64,000 nucleotides of DNA from Octopus sinensis (Eukaryota): the NCBI RefSeq assembly GCF_006345805.1, contig NC_043015.1, positions 52,886,001 through 52,950,000 on the forward strand, written 5' to 3'. Below the pieces are notes generated by a model. It worked only from the letters and a program-made list of their open reading frames with translations, was not told the DNA's origin and made no database searches. The translations under genes and the position numbers were made by a program. Shown one piece after another: positions 41,027 through 54,748 of this stretch. Within the stretch, counting starts at the first letter, position 1; each line of letters opens with the position of its first letter.

Positions 41027-41061
<35 letters not shown>

Positions 41062-42770
41062 TGTATGTATGTATGTATGTATGTATACTCACGCAAACAA
41101 CCAAACATGTACACACAAACATTTATATAAACATACAAACACACAGAGACAAAGTTTGAATTTACGAAAGGGAAAAGAAGAAAATAAAGGCAAAAACTGT
41201 TTAATTAAAATTTAATTAAATCGTTGTCATTGCCAATTCCTAAGGAAATGTTTGTCTTTAACGAGCCTGTCTGTCCAACAAGCACCATACCATATATGGA
41301 AAATAATTGACAGCCTAACGAATCTTTCTTCCAGGATCTTTTCATTAATTATTCAGAATTATTTTTGTAAACTTGTTCGGGCTGCAAATTAATTAGCGGA
41401 AACAATGCGAAAGGTGCCAGCGCCCCATCGCTGCCGCTGCTCTAGCTAGTGCTGCTGCTGCTGTGCTGCTGCTACTCCTCCTCCTCCTCCTCCTCCTCCT
41501 CCTCCTCCTACTACTACTACTACTACTACTACCATCATCACAACCACCACCACTACCACTACTACTACTACTACAAGACAACAATAACAACTATCACAAG
41601 CGTTGCTGATGTTGCTGCTGGAGATGTCCAGTGTTGCTCTTCCTCCTCTTGTTGCTTCTTACTCTCCTTCACGGACGAAGAACGAAGAAGTAACTTTGAG
41701 TAAATTTGAGCTGCAGATGATCATTGAATACCTGACGAGTGTTCTGGATTTCAGTTCTGGATTCAAACGTTGTCTAGGGTGAACCTCCAGAGGAAGGCGA
41801 AAAAAAATATTAGTTCTGTGGTACCTGCCGGTGGAGATGTTGATACTGGGGTACATATCGATGGTAATGTGTCTAGGGATGTATTGTAAGTAGAAATATC
41901 GGTTTTAAACACTAGCGTAGCCCTTCCGTTTGCAGCCCCCGGACCCCATACACTATTTTTCTTCCTCCGTCTATGTTTTTCTCATTTTTGTGATGAAGAA
42001 GTAACGCCCGAAACGTAAAAAGACTTCCTCGATCCATTAAAGCGTTGAACTAATACCATATTTATTAAACTTTATCTCTTATGTATTATCTCATTTATTG
42101 TTCATTGTATTTACACCCCACCACCACCACACACTCCCACACAATCTCAATCGCTCCCTCACACACACGCACAATTTATAATTTGCTCCTGATATGCATA
42201 GGGCATAATAAAAATTCAAATCGATTGTAATATTTGTTTGGTTCCTTATTTTTTCGATCTTCTAGAATAAAATATTAAGCTGACCACATCGGGATTTGAA
42301 CTCAGTGCGTAAAGCACCGTATCGAAATTAACCGCAGTGCTAATTTACCCGATGCGCCAACGATTCTGTCAACCCACCCAAACCGTATGCATGCGAGTAT
42401 GTGTGTGTGTGTATGCGTATGTATATGCGTTTGTGTGTATGTGTGTGTGTGTGAGAGAGAGAGAGACAGATAGACAGACAGAGAGGCTAGGAAGAGTGAG
42501 ATAATTATATAGATAACGAAATGGAGGGAAAATAAACTGACACAGCACATATACACACACGCATACATGTGTGAGTGAGTATGTGTGTGTGTGTGTGTGT
42601 GTTAGGGGTGTATTTGTGTGTAATTGCAAGTATGTGCATTTGAGAGAAAAATAGAGGGAAAGATATGTATGCGTATGTGTATATATGTATAATTGCATCT
42701 ATGTGCATTTGAGAGAAGAATAGAAAAGAATATGTATGTATGTTGTATGTATATATATATATATTATATA

Positions 42771-42822
<52 letters not shown>

Positions 42823-43134
42823 TATATAGTGAGAGAAGGGAGGAGAGAAAGAAAGAGGGAAAGCAGGTGAGGAGTGTGAGGGTGAGGAGTGTGAGGGAGA
42901 GGAGAGATGTACAGAGAGACGCATTCACCTGTTAACGTACGATGAAGTCATCGGTCGGGTTTTGGATCAGGTAAAAAAAAAAGGAAGAAAGAAAGAAAAA
43001 AAGAAGGAAAAAGACGTTATGAGTCATTGAGATAATAGAGAGCAACAAAAGACCTACTTAATGGGTTGGCTTGACAAGAAAGAAAACGAGAGAGGAAAGA
43101 ACGAGAGAGAGAGAGAGAGAGAAAGAGAGTGTGT

Positions 43135-43170
<36 letters not shown>

Positions 43171-43694
43171 GTGTTGTGAGAGTAAAAGGCGGGTGAGATT
43201 AGCCTAATTGCTCCTCCTACTCCTCCTCCTCTCCTTCCCTTCCTCCTAACGTAACCGTACTTATCCCATTACTAAACTTGCTACTTACCAGACAATAGAC
43301 AACAAATTCAACTGTTGTTTAGCCCCAGGTCTGCAGTGATCCTGTAAGACCTATGATTGAAGTCATTCCTACAGTGGTTGTCCCCTGTGCCTTCTTCAGG
43401 CATAGGCACACTGAGTTGTTATCTGAGAAAGGATGGGGCCCTTTCAGATGGGTACGGGCCCAATTTTGATCTACTTGTATTGTGGTTTGCTCTCAATAAA
43501 TAAATGCTATAGGGCCCTGTTCATTGATTTGGCCCGGGGTTAGGGGTATAATGCTGTTAAGGCGGAACCGGTCATTCCCCCTTCTTATAATAGGCAAGGA
43601 TTCCAGGACCACATATTTTGCCAGATGTCAGTTTGTGTTCCCCCGTGACAGATTTGTTGGTTTGATTCGAGGAAGATCTATGTCGGGCAAGCAT

Positions 43695-44160
43695 TTAATT
43701 TCTACACAAGGCCCGAAAATTTTGGGGAAGGGGGCCAGTCGATTAGATCAACCCCAGTACGCAACTGGTACTTAATTTATCGACCCAGAAAGGATAAAAA
43801 GCAAAGTCGACCTCGGCGGAATTTGAACTCAGAACGTAGCGGCAGACAAAATACCTATTTCTTTACTACCCACAAGGGGCTAAACACTGAGGGGGAAACA
43901 AGGACCGACAAAGGATTAAGAGATTATTATATGATCCCAGTGCGTAAAGTACTTAATTTATAGACCTGAAAGGATTTGAAAGGCAAAGTTGACCTCGACG
44001 GAATTTGAACTCAGAACGTAGCAGCAGACGAAATACCTATTTATTTACTACCCACAAGGGGCTAAACACAGAGAGGACAAACAAGGATAGACAAACGGAT
44101 GAAGTCGATTATATCGACCCCAGTGCGAAACTGGTACTTTATTTATCGACCCCGAAAGGC
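43695..44160 (-). mobile_element. Three tandem Nin-like SINE units
   Basis: Junctions aaatac/ctatttctttactaccc at about 43854 and 44036 (182-bp period). Further single copies at about 19670, 36930, 44790, 50585 (+), 51560-52050 and 58495 (+). Confidence 0.9.
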
Positions 44161-45627
44161 TCGGAATAACTATATTCAGATTGTTGTCATTTTTGTTGTC
44201 GAGCTGACATATGAAAGGCTTTCCAAACGTGGCCATCTTGTAATTTTCTTATATGTACAAAGAAATGAAACTAAGAGATTATCCTAAGATGCCTTTTACT
44301 TGTCAAGACGGCGGTGGGGAGTGATTTGACCGAAAATTGGTTGCTCGGTCGGGAGAGGGGCTGTTGATGGTGGCAGTTTGAAGTTTAGCCCTAGGCCTGG
44401 CCTGACGAGTAAAACTACGATGAAATGTGCCCCAGCCGTGACCGGCACCTCTGTTTTACAGACAGTGTATATAGAACAACATTCTTGTTTCTTTTTAAGA
44501 GTTCTTTGGCTGCTATTTCAAACAAATTAAGTGCAAAAGCCTCAGGGGGCCTTTGTAGATGAGTTGGTGCGGTGATGTTGTTCAGCACCAACTCAAGCCC
44601 AATCGAGCTGAGCAATCATCATAAGCATTCCACGCATGACCACTCCATTTTTTGTACAAGATATGTTGTCCTTCTTTTCAGATTTTAGGGTGTAATTTCA
44701 GGGACTTTGGTTCCTATTACTAGCAGAACTAAGGACTGCGTTGCAGGTTAAATGCTTGCAGCCGCAGTAGTAGTACTACTACTAGTAGTCCTTTCTACTA
44801 AGAACAAGGCCTGAGATTTGATGGGAGGAGGCTAGTTTATCAAATGGACGCCAAGACTCGACCGACACTATTTTGTCGACCCGGAATGTGATGAAAGGCA
44901 AAGTCGACCTCGGTGGAATTTGAACTCGGAACGTAAAGAGCCGCACGAAAATACTACCAAGCATTTAGTCCAACCCTTTTAGTCAAGCTTGACTGAACAG
45001 ATTTATGATCTTTAAACGTTGCAGCCGTGGCCGTTCTGTATATTTCTATGTGTAAGATACTCAAGACGTGAAGATGTGATTCGTGTGAAATATGGCTGCT
45101 GTTTCTAGCCCCTCCACTGATCACCTAGAGGCGGATTGGTTTGTTGATAGTAAAAGTTTAACTAATTACTGCTGTTGTTTAATTAACGATATTTTGGGTG
45201 TATGAAGATTTGTGTGTATGTGTGTGTGTGTGTGTGTCAGTGAATGTGTGCGTGTTTGTATGTGAAATTTTGTATGTTTTTATGTGTGTGTGCATCACAG
45301 GGCATGTGTGTGTGTGTGTGTGTGCATGTAGGTTTGTGTGTTATGTTTGCACGTGTGAAATTGTGTGTCTTTGTGTATGTTAGTGTGTTTCTATATGTAC
45401 GTGTGTATGTATGTGTGTGTGTGTGTGTGTGTGCTGTGCGTTTGTGTGTGTGTGAGTGTTAAAGAATGTGTGAGTACATGAATGTGTGTGTACATGAATG
45501 TGTGTGTGTGTGCGAACATGCAACTGCAGATATTGCATGTGTGTGTATGTGTATTCGTATTTGCGTGTATGTGTCTATGGTTATGTGAATGTATGGATGT
45601 AACAATGCAATAACAAAATACACACAC

Positions 45628-45674
<47 letters not shown>

Positions 45675-46322
45675 TGTACATACTGTGTGTGTATGCTTAT
45701 GGATATGCGAATGCATGTGCTTGAACGTGCAATTGCATGTATTGTATCTATGTGTGTGTTGTGTGTGTGTGCATGTGTTTGTGAGTATGTATGCGTGTAT
45801 GTGTTTGTGTATGTGTGTGTTTGCTGTTTAATTAATTGCTAATATACACCTGCTAGAAAGAAATAATTAATGCAAAGAGGGTGGGGGTGTAATGTTTATT
45901 TTTAAAATCGGACAGGAAGTCATCCAATCTGTAACGCCACCAGACGGCCATGTCGTTAACGATTTCGGTCCATAACCGCTGGCCCGGGTTTCCATCCCAC
46001 GTTTCTTTCCCTCTCTCGCTTTCTTTTAAATTTTTACGTAAGTTTACAGGAAAGTGCTGAGTTTCATGATTTTCGCTAAGTCTCTGAAACTTGTGCAGTT
46101 TTGGAGGCCATCCATGTTCTTTTCCCATTGTTCTACACTACTTTAGACACAAGTCTTTCCTTTATCTGACTTATAACTTGAGAATTATTTTGTCGAATGG
46201 TTATGTTCACTAGACTTACTTCTCTTTAGAAAGTCATCTCTCCCTTCTTATACCAGGGAAGTTTATTTTAAGTACTACAAAATATTTAAACCGAAACACA
46301 CATATGCATACCCACCTGTCTG

Positions 46323-46407
<85 letters not shown>

Positions 46408-46446
46408 TTATGTCTGTCTGCCTGTCTGTCTATCTATCTCTGTCTG

Positions 46447-46521
<75 letters not shown>

Positions 46522-46890
46522 GTTTGTCTGCTTGTCTGTCTGTCTATGCCTGTCTGTCTGTCTGTCTGTCTGTCTATCTGTCTGTCTGTCTGTCTGTCTG
46601 TCTGTATGTATGTATGTGTGTATGTATGTATGCATGTCTATCTATGTCTGTCTAACTACCTATGTTTGTGTGACTGTCAAGAAAAAGAGCAAAGGTCCTT
46701 CCCGAGTGATATAGGCGCTCATAAAACCTGTTTCCCGGTTCCCGTAGTGCATGCACACATTCTTCATGGGCGTAGCCAGGTTCTAAAGTTAGTGGGAGCG
46801 AGCACATTGAACAAAAGGTGTCGTAACATCCACCAAGCAATTTTTAGCTCATTTCCTTTATATAACGAGAAGTAGTTCATTAGTTATAAT

Positions 46891-47270
46891 GGAGGCGCAA
46901 TGGTCCAGTGGTTAGGGCAGCGGACTCGCGGTCGTAGGATCGCGGTTTCGATTCCCAGACCGGGCGTTGTGAGTGTTTATTGAGCGAAAACACCTAAAGC
47001 TCCACGAGGCTCCGGCAGGGGATGGTGGTGATCCCTGCAGTACTCTTTCACCACAACTTTCTCTCACTCTTACTTCCTGTTTCTGTTGTACCTGTATTTC
47101 AAAGGGCCGGCCTTGTCACTCTCTGTGTCACGCTGAATATCCCCCGAGAACTACGTTAAGGGTGCACGTGTCTGTGGTGTGCTCAGCCACTTACACGTTA
47201 ATTTCACGAGCAGGCTGTTCCGTTGATTCGGATCAACCGGAACCCTCGTCGTCGTAACCGACGGAGTGCT
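46891..47270 (+). mobile_element. Full-length tRNA-Arg(TCG)-like SINE
   Basis: A-box tggtccagtgg, anticodon-like gacTCGcggtc and B-box ggtttcgattccc, followed by a ~300-bp non-tRNA body. Confidence 0.85.
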
Positions 47271-47973
47271 TCCATTAGTTATAATATACGTAGCTGTGTT
47301 CTACTTTCATGAATTTGGTGTTTCAGTAATAACGTCGTTATGTATGAAATTTCAAAGTACTGATATAAGTGTGACGTACAAAAAGAAAAATGAAATTCCA
47401 CCGGATCGTCCAGTGCCGAGAGATCACAATGCCAGGGTTTGTTTTGGTTCTTCAGATGTCAACGGCCGCCAACGCATTACAGGAGACTGAACAGATTTGA
47501 GGTTAGTCAAATAAAGTTATCATTCCAGAAAATTCTTCCAAGTCCATGCAATTAGCAGAAAAAGGAAAAAAAGAAAGAAAGAGATTCGACATTTATCGCA
47601 CAGCTGAACTAAAGAGTTATTTTTAACAAAAAATTGTTGAAAAGGGGCCAATTTGGAAAAATGTCCTCGGAGAAAGCAGTCGCTCCCTTTGCTCTTCTAT
47701 TAGCTACGCCACTGATATCCTCCACTTTCCCTGGAAGGGACAGCGGTCTGTCGAAGGGTTATTCAAATTTGTCAGCTGAGTGGACTAGTGCAACATGAAA
47801 TGAAGTGTTTTGATCAAGAACACAAATGTATCGTCGGAGCCTGAAATCGAAACGACAATCTAATGATCTTGATTGGAACACCTTAACCACTGATCCATGA
47901 GCCTCTACATATTTGCAAATACACACGTGCTGCTGACGATTTCTTTTCCTTTTTTGGACTTTCCTCATTCTTC

Positions 47974-48006
47974 TTTCTGACGAAGAGCTATGCTCGAAAC
48001 GTCAAA
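47974..48006 (+). ncRNA. Minimal hammerhead motif
   Basis: uuu CUGACGA a GAGC uau GCUC GAAAC GUC aaa; canonical core and GUC triplet, ACGU palindromic stem III. Confidence 0.6.
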
Positions 48007-48213
48007 CTTTCTCTTTTCATTGAGTGTCCAGCTAATACATTCCTTGTGCATGTTCTCTTGTCTGTTAATTTTGTTATTCGTTTATTTGAATTGATTGTTC
48101 GCTGTCATCGACTCTGTGTGTGTGTGTGCATGCGTGTATGTGTGTGTGCACGCGCGCGTGTGTATTCTTTATTTGTGGCTTAACATTCAAGACGGAGACG
48201 AGTCTTGAAGTTT

Positions 48214-49627
48214 ACATGTGGCAGGCTTGATAATTTTGTCTCAACATGAAACTAATGGTAGCCTTAAAGCTGAAATTTTATCTCAACATGAAACCAATGG
48301 TAGCCTTATTAACGCTGAAAATAAAAAAAATATTCATCTACCAATGCGGTGTTGAACACTCATCCTCACTATTCGAAATTACAGAACTAACACACGCACA
48401 AAATGATCTCTCGTCAAAACTGGCGGCGGAGTGTTGCGGTGATGAAAGTGTGTACGTGTGTGAGAAAAACAGCACCATGATGCAATTCACTCAGCCAGAC
48501 ATTTGGAAATGATATGCTGAACTGCTCGGCATTCGCGCCGGAAGCTCCAATACGAACATTTCAGAGTGTTTGGGTGTCAATCTGAAGATTCGGAAAGTGT
48601 TGGATGAGTTTAATGGTGATTACAAAGGTACGGCAGCTCAGAAAACCCATTCTGATCGCTCAGACAAGAAAAGAACTCTTGAATTTGTTGGTGAGACCCA
48701 GGCCATGATTAACAATGATCCCTCCAAGTCAATCAGGTCCATCGCCAGGGACATGTGAGTGTCTGAGTTTCTTATTAGGTAGAAGAGGTGCATGAAGACA
48801 TTTGGTATTCCTCATACAAGATCAAAAATGGCCAATTTTTATCCCAAGCCATCAAAGACGAGAGGAAAGACAGCGCCACGAAGCTTTTGAACAAACTCAA
48901 GCTTCCCCTCCAACCGAATATGCTTGGTTTTTCTCAAACGAGAACAATTTCTACCAGGATCAGATGGAGATAACACAGAACAACCTTTGGCTCGTCGTGT
49001 CCTCACACCATGCACCGAGAGTGATAAAAATCAAACATCCAGTCAATATCATGGTGTTTGGAGTGATCACTTGTAATGGCGACGTTATGCCTCCATTCAT
49101 CTTCTCACAGCCTCAGACTCAACACGGAGGCCTACATAAAATGCCTGGAAAATTTAGAGCTGCCCTTAATCACGAGGGTGACTGCTGGAAGAACCTATGT
49201 TTCGCAACACGTCTCTGCACCATGCCACACAAGGAGGTGAACCCAGTCATGGCTGTCAGACAATTACAGCGACCACATCACCCCTAACATCTAGCCACCT
49301 AATTCCCCAGACTGTAACCCATTTCTGTGGGGTGCAGTTGAGCGAGAGACCAACAAAACGTGTAACACCAAACATGAACTGAAGACAAGGATTATGGCAG
49401 CATTCACCGACTTAAACAAAGAGACCACCAAGAAGAGTTGCAGGAGATTCCGAAGTCGTCTGGAGGCCAAGGTTGAAGCCAATGGCGATTTTATTGAATA
49501 AATTTACTCTTTAGTATTTCAAGATATTTTTATGTAATTTTAATGAATATATCTGTTAAAATGAGATGACAGTGTTATTTTCACTATTGCATAATTTAGA
49601 TGACAATTTATTCACCGCACCATCTAT
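48214..49627 (+). mobile_element. Degenerate Tc1/mariner-superfamily transposon, maT (DD37D)-type
   Basis: WFFSNENNF..., KHPVNIMVFGVIT, QHVSAPCHT..WLSDN..PPNSPDCNP, with 37 codons between the inferred second and third catalytic positions. Contains stops and frameshifts; degenerate TIRs at about 48214-48240 and 49600-49627. Confidence 0.85.
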
Positions 49628-49667
49628 ACATTACTAAAATGTCTTATTGACGAGTTTCGTTTTTTTC

Positions 49668-49753
49668 ACTTTCCTGAGGAGAAGATTTCATTGTTTATAC
49701 CATTTATTCTTTTGAATAGTATCAGTGGAATTTTCGAAACATGTGTCGAAAGT
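49668..49753 (+). ncRNA. Type-I hammerhead with long stems
   Basis: ACUUUC CUGAGGA [13-bp stem II, 49681-49693 with 49723-49735] GAAA CAUGU GUC GAAAGU; perfect 6-bp stem I and canonical core. Confidence 0.75.
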
Positions 49754-51274
49754 AAAAATATTTGATTACACCTGCGTTAACTCCATTTTTTTATTCATAT
49801 ATATATATAATATATATATATATAGATATATATATAGATATAGATATATAGGTAAATAGATATACATATATGTATATGTTATATGTATGCGTATGTGTGT
49901 ATTTATCTACGTTATATGTGTGTGTAAGTGAGTATTATGTACTTATATATATGTATGTGTGTTGTATATATATTTTGCATATACGTGTTTATATATATAC
50001 ACACACACACATATATATTTGTGTGTGTGTGTATGGGTATGAGTATGCATGTGTATGTGTATGTGTGTGTACGTGTGTGTGTGTGTGTTTATGCAAAAAA
50101 TATAGACACGATGCTGTGACTCTCATGTTGCCTTCATCATTGAATTTGAAACAAGCACAGAAAGTAATCAATTGTTCACACAAGACTCTTCGACAACGCC
50201 CCCCCCCACACAACACGGCTACACATGACCAGAAATCATGTGAATATCTCTTTCATTTATATTCTGCTACACACAAACACACACAGGAGATGGTGAAATA
50301 ATAATGGCTATGTGTATGTATATACATACGTGCATACATACAAATATATATATATATAATATATATAGTTATAACCTTTCCAGCATCCCGTGAGTTTTGA
50401 CAAAAAAAATTATATATATATAATAATTTACTCATTATTCCGTTGTTCTTTTGAGGCGATTGTGTTGTTTTAGTATCGCTGTTAATAACAGACTACACGA
50501 GGTACGTTTCAGCTTTCATAGCACGGGGTACTTAACTTCTATAACGAGCAATGTTATAGCATGCCGTCAGATATGTAGCAGCAGAAGGCGGTGAGCTGGC
50601 AGAACCGTTTGCAAGCCGGGCGAAATGCGTAGCCGTATTTCGTCTGCCGTTACGCTCTGAGTTCAAATTCCGCCGAAGTCGACTTTGCCTTTCATCCTTT
50701 CGGGGTCGATAAATTAAGTACCAGTTACGCACAGGGATCGATCTAATCGACTTAATCCGTTTGTCTGTCCTTGTTTGTCCCCTCTGTGTTTAGCCTCTTG
50801 TGGGTAGTAAAGAAATAGATATGTAACAGCAGATCTATATGAACATCTCACTGGCATTAACTTTCATTTTGGTTATTTAAGAAAATAAAATAAAATAAAA
50901 TAAATTACCCCAGCCTGTGTTAAAATGCAAGTCCTGGCTTGAGTTCAAGGTTACAATTGGGCCGATCATCCGCTTTCCACAGCGTATATATGTGTTGTGT
51001 GGACGCCCCCAGACGATGAAGTAGACTAGCCCAAAACGTAGATATAGTGGGAGAAGTCTAGACGTCGGGAGTTGGAGTAGAGGTCATCCGAACGTGCGAC
51101 ATAACAATAAGTGAGCAAAATCAGGGGTCTTTTCCAGTCCGTCGTAGGGTTTTGCAGTGGACTGGAGCGATGAGAAATGAAATATTTTGCTCAAACATCC
51201 CACCGCACCGCGTGGTCCGAGGGTCTAAACCACGCCCTTACGATCGTGAGGGTAACATCCGAACCACTAGGGCC

Positions 51275-51493
51275 TAGTAGTTTTCAACCAGGGTTCCGCG
51301 GAACCTTAGGGTTCCACCAGTACAGTCCAGGGGTTCCGCAAGAAGTTACAAAACTGCTAAAATCGGCAGTAATTTTTAATTCTCCTGTGCAGATATGTGT
51401 GCATAAGACTATTAAATTATTGCACAGGGGTTCCTCGAACCAGTGGAATGTTTCCTTGGGATTTCGTTCCAGCAAAAAGGTTAAAAAGCACTG
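51275..51493. mobile_element. hAT-like MITE (~220 bp)
   Basis: Imperfect TIRs tagtagttttcaacc and ggttaaaaagcactg. Similar cactagg sequences flank both ends, but the TSD is not cleanly placed. Confidence 0.65.
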
Positions 51494-52552
51494 CACTAGG
51501 CTATGCATCTTCTTCAAGTGTTGTCTTTTATTTATGATTTCTAACAAAGACACAATCTCTGGCTTGCGCGGGAAGCATTCGATTAGACAGATACCAATAT
51601 TTGATCGACCCCAAAAAGAATGAAACACAAAATCGACTTTGGTGGAATTTGAACTTAGAACGCAAAAGCCGAACGAAATGCTGCTAAACAGTTTTTTTTT
51701 TAGCTCGCCGGACAAAATACTGAGTGGCATTTCGTCCGTCTTTACGTTTTGTGTTCGAATTCCGCCGAAGTAGACTTTGTCTTTCATCCTTTCGGGGTCG
51801 ATAAAATAAGTACCAGTTGTATACTGGGGAAGGGGGTTCGATGTAGCCGACTCATCCCCCGCTCCCAAAATTGCTGGCCTTACGCCAAAATTTGAAATCA
51901 ATATTTTATTTGTATATGTTTTATCGACTCAGCTCTCGGAAAGGTGAGCAGCATAGATGACTTCAGCGGGATTTGAACTAAGAACGCATAACGATTCGTG
52001 ACGAAATTCCACAAGATACTTTCAACCGGTGTGTTAACGATTCTGCCAGTCTGTTTATTCTCATATCTCAAGCTATCAGTTGGAGTTTTTGTATTGTAGT
52101 ATTTGCTGTAGGTGTGTGTGTGTGTGTGTGTGGTTTGTGTGTGTGTGTGTTTTGTGTGTGTTGTGTGTGTTGTTTGTGTGTGTCTTGTGTGTGTGTGTGT
52201 GTGTGTGTTCGGGTGTGTGGTGGCGGTGGTTATGACGATGGATCGAATTGTTTATATCCAAGACTTTGTGCATCCTTTGATCCTAGAACTCGGATTCTCG
52301 GAAAAGAGATGCATTCAATCGTCATACTTTTTCTACAGGAATCAACCAAAAGAGTAAGAGGAGAGAGAGAGAGAAGGGGGGGAGGAAATAGGGAGGTGGA
52401 AGGGGAGAAGGGAGAGGAGAGAGGGAGGGGAAAGGAGAGAAGAAGCAGAAGAAGCAAAGAAGAATAATAGAAGAAAGAAGAAAGAGAAATAGAAAAGAAG
52501 AAATGAAGAAGGAAAACAAGATGAAGAAAATGAAAAATGGATGTAAAAAAGG

Positions 52553-52652
52553 NNNNNNNNNNNNNNNNNNNNNNNNNNNNNNNNNNNNNNNNNNNNNNNN
52601 NNNNNNNNNNNNNNNNNNNNNNNNNNNNNNNNNNNNNNNNNNNNNNNNNNNN
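52553..52652. other. Assembly gap (100 N)
   Basis: Run of 100 n. Confidence 1.
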
Positions 52653-52849
52653 GGCCACTGACTTCATGGCCCTCTTCTTCCGCTGTCTTACGCTTTCTCA
52701 TTGTAAACTTACCGCTACTCAGTATATATTTACTACATTCTCCATCACTCTTTTTCTGTATAAGTACATCGCTCACACTGAGTGTGTGTATGTGCGTACG
52801 TGTGTGTCCGCGTATGTATGTGTGCAAAGACGAAAGACCCCCCCACCCC

Positions 52850-53210
52850 CCACACAAAGCATCAGTATCGTGCTCTGGAGACACCCGAACAGGGACGGAA
52901 TCGACTTGATGATATGCGAAAACGGGCCTCCGTCGCAGTGTCTCTGGAGACATCGATGCATAGAATGTATCGATTGGTTGATAAACATTCAAGTGCCCGT
53001 TGTCCCATTTCATTCAAACGACTTCAATTTCCAGCGAGTCTTGGTTATGCCATAACCATGAACAAATCACAAGGGCTAATATTCTTGATTGCCGGTTAGC
53101 ACTTTGAAGAACCCTGATTTGCCCATGGTCAGCTCTACGTTGGATTTTCAAGAGTAGGAAGTAAGAAAAATCTTTACATTTATGGACCAAATTGGAAAAA
53201 AAATTGTTTT
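52850..53210 (+). mobile_element. Helitron RepHel remnant, internally deleted
   Basis: ETPEQGRNRLDDMRKRAS (N-terminal-like) joined to FKRLQFPASLGYAITMNKSQG..FAHGQLYVGFSRVGS (PIF1-type helicase C-terminal motifs). Confidence 0.82.
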
Positions 53211-54695
53211 GTCGAGACAGTATGAATTACTCCAAATAATGAAGAAATCTATTCCGTGGAAGAGGCCCAAATGTCGGAGAAGACATGGTCTGTCATGGAA
53301 TAAAGACATGCTATCGTGAAAGTTTCCCTGGCAACGACGGGCTACTCAGTCAGTGTGTGTGCGTGTGAGCGTGCGCGTGTGTTTATGCATGTATTATGTA
53401 TGTATGTATATAAATACATACATACATATTTATATATATGTGCATACACACATACACTAACACAGATGATAATGATGATGATAATGATAATTGTGATAAT
53501 AATTGTGATTGTGATGCTGATGGTGATTAAATATGATCATGATGATAATGATGATGATGATAATGATGATGATGATGATGATGATGTTGATGATCCTGCC
53601 GGGAGTGATGATGATGATGGTATGATGATAATTAAGACAATAATTATAACGACGTTGATGATGATGATGATGGTGGTAGCGGTGTTGGCGATGGTAGTTT
53701 ATAGCCCCATTAACGATGTTATAAATTGCCCTAATCAAGTAATATTTGCACTAATTCTCTTTTCTAAAAATAATAAATCTTTTTAAAACGGATTAAAGCA
53801 GGCTTAACACATTCGGCAGCTGAATTCTTGCAGGATGTCTTCGAATCTGGTTTACATGATGAGCTGACCGATGAATCATAATCTGGGTAGAGCTTGTGGT
53901 GGTTTTCAAAGGGTCATTGCCCTCACACACACACACACACACACACACAGTGCCACTCATCTTTCTTCCATTTTGTTTGTCATTTTATTCCGGATGAAAC
54001 CTCTGTCCATCTCTCAACCATCCCCTTCCCTCCAGAAGGGTGAGAGCCACCAACTGGTGCTCCCCACCCTTCAGTCCGTCTGTCTGTCTGTCTCTCTCCC
54101 TAACACACACACGCATATACATGTACACACAATCACACACACACACCAATCGCCCCTCCACCTGCCTTGAAGGCCATTTCATCCTGGAGGATAACTTTGC
54201 CCTCACTCACACTCCAACCGTCTATCACATTCTTCGATCCCACTGCTGAAAGTAAAGGGGAAAGCGAGAACCCGAGAGAAGCGTAACTGAACATGTCAAC
54301 GTTGAAGCAAGAAAGGGAAGTTAAAAGGAGAAATGGGTTTGTTTTGTTCCACCTTTCGTTCCATCTCTTCATTCTTCACTTTCCTTTTCAAGTCCAATAG
54401 GACATCATTTTCCACTGCGTTACTCATGCATATGACTTGTCCTCATTTTGTCTCAAAGCCGTGCAACCTTTATTTTGTTTGTCTATTTATATTCGCACCA
54501 ACTGCCGTGTCGTGATTGTCTTTGTCATCGTCTTTCACGCTCGCTCATTATTCCCAGCAATATTATTATGAAAGGCGTGAAATTGTAGTGATGTCTGGAC
54601 GATAACTGACGAAGAAAGAGCAAGTCTTGTGTGCGAAGTTTCCATTTGTTCCTTTGTCATTCTGGCCAACTTTTTTTAACACACAGATGCACACA

Positions 54696-54748
<53 letters not shown>

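Noticed and set aside
41986-42020. GTGATGA..GAAACGTA motif
   Set aside because: It has a C3G change and a broken stem II; at best a dead copy.
42910-42975. RIHLLTYDEVIGRVLDQ ending at CAG/gtaaaa
   Set aside because: There is no acceptor (purine-rich upstream) and the peptide is not recognised.
43515-43600. Possible twister or HDV-like ribozyme in a GC-richer stretch
   Set aside because: The conserved motifs (GGU-YYY-AAGCCC; P1/P3/L3 nesting) could not be fitted.
44402-44430. CTGACGA..GAAA string
   Set aside because: Stem II is out of register and there is no stem III or NUH fit.
46891-46965. tRNA-Arg gene
   Set aside because: The cloverleaf is imperfect and continues into a SINE body; this is a SINE head.
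47701-47714. CAGTGGCGTAGCTA-type MITE terminus (minus strand)
   Set aside because: No matching second terminus was found nearby.
54590-54622. DVWTITDEERA peptide resembling the intersectin EH-domain start
   Set aside because: The similarity stops after 11 aa, splice sites are weak, and downstream residues do not match.
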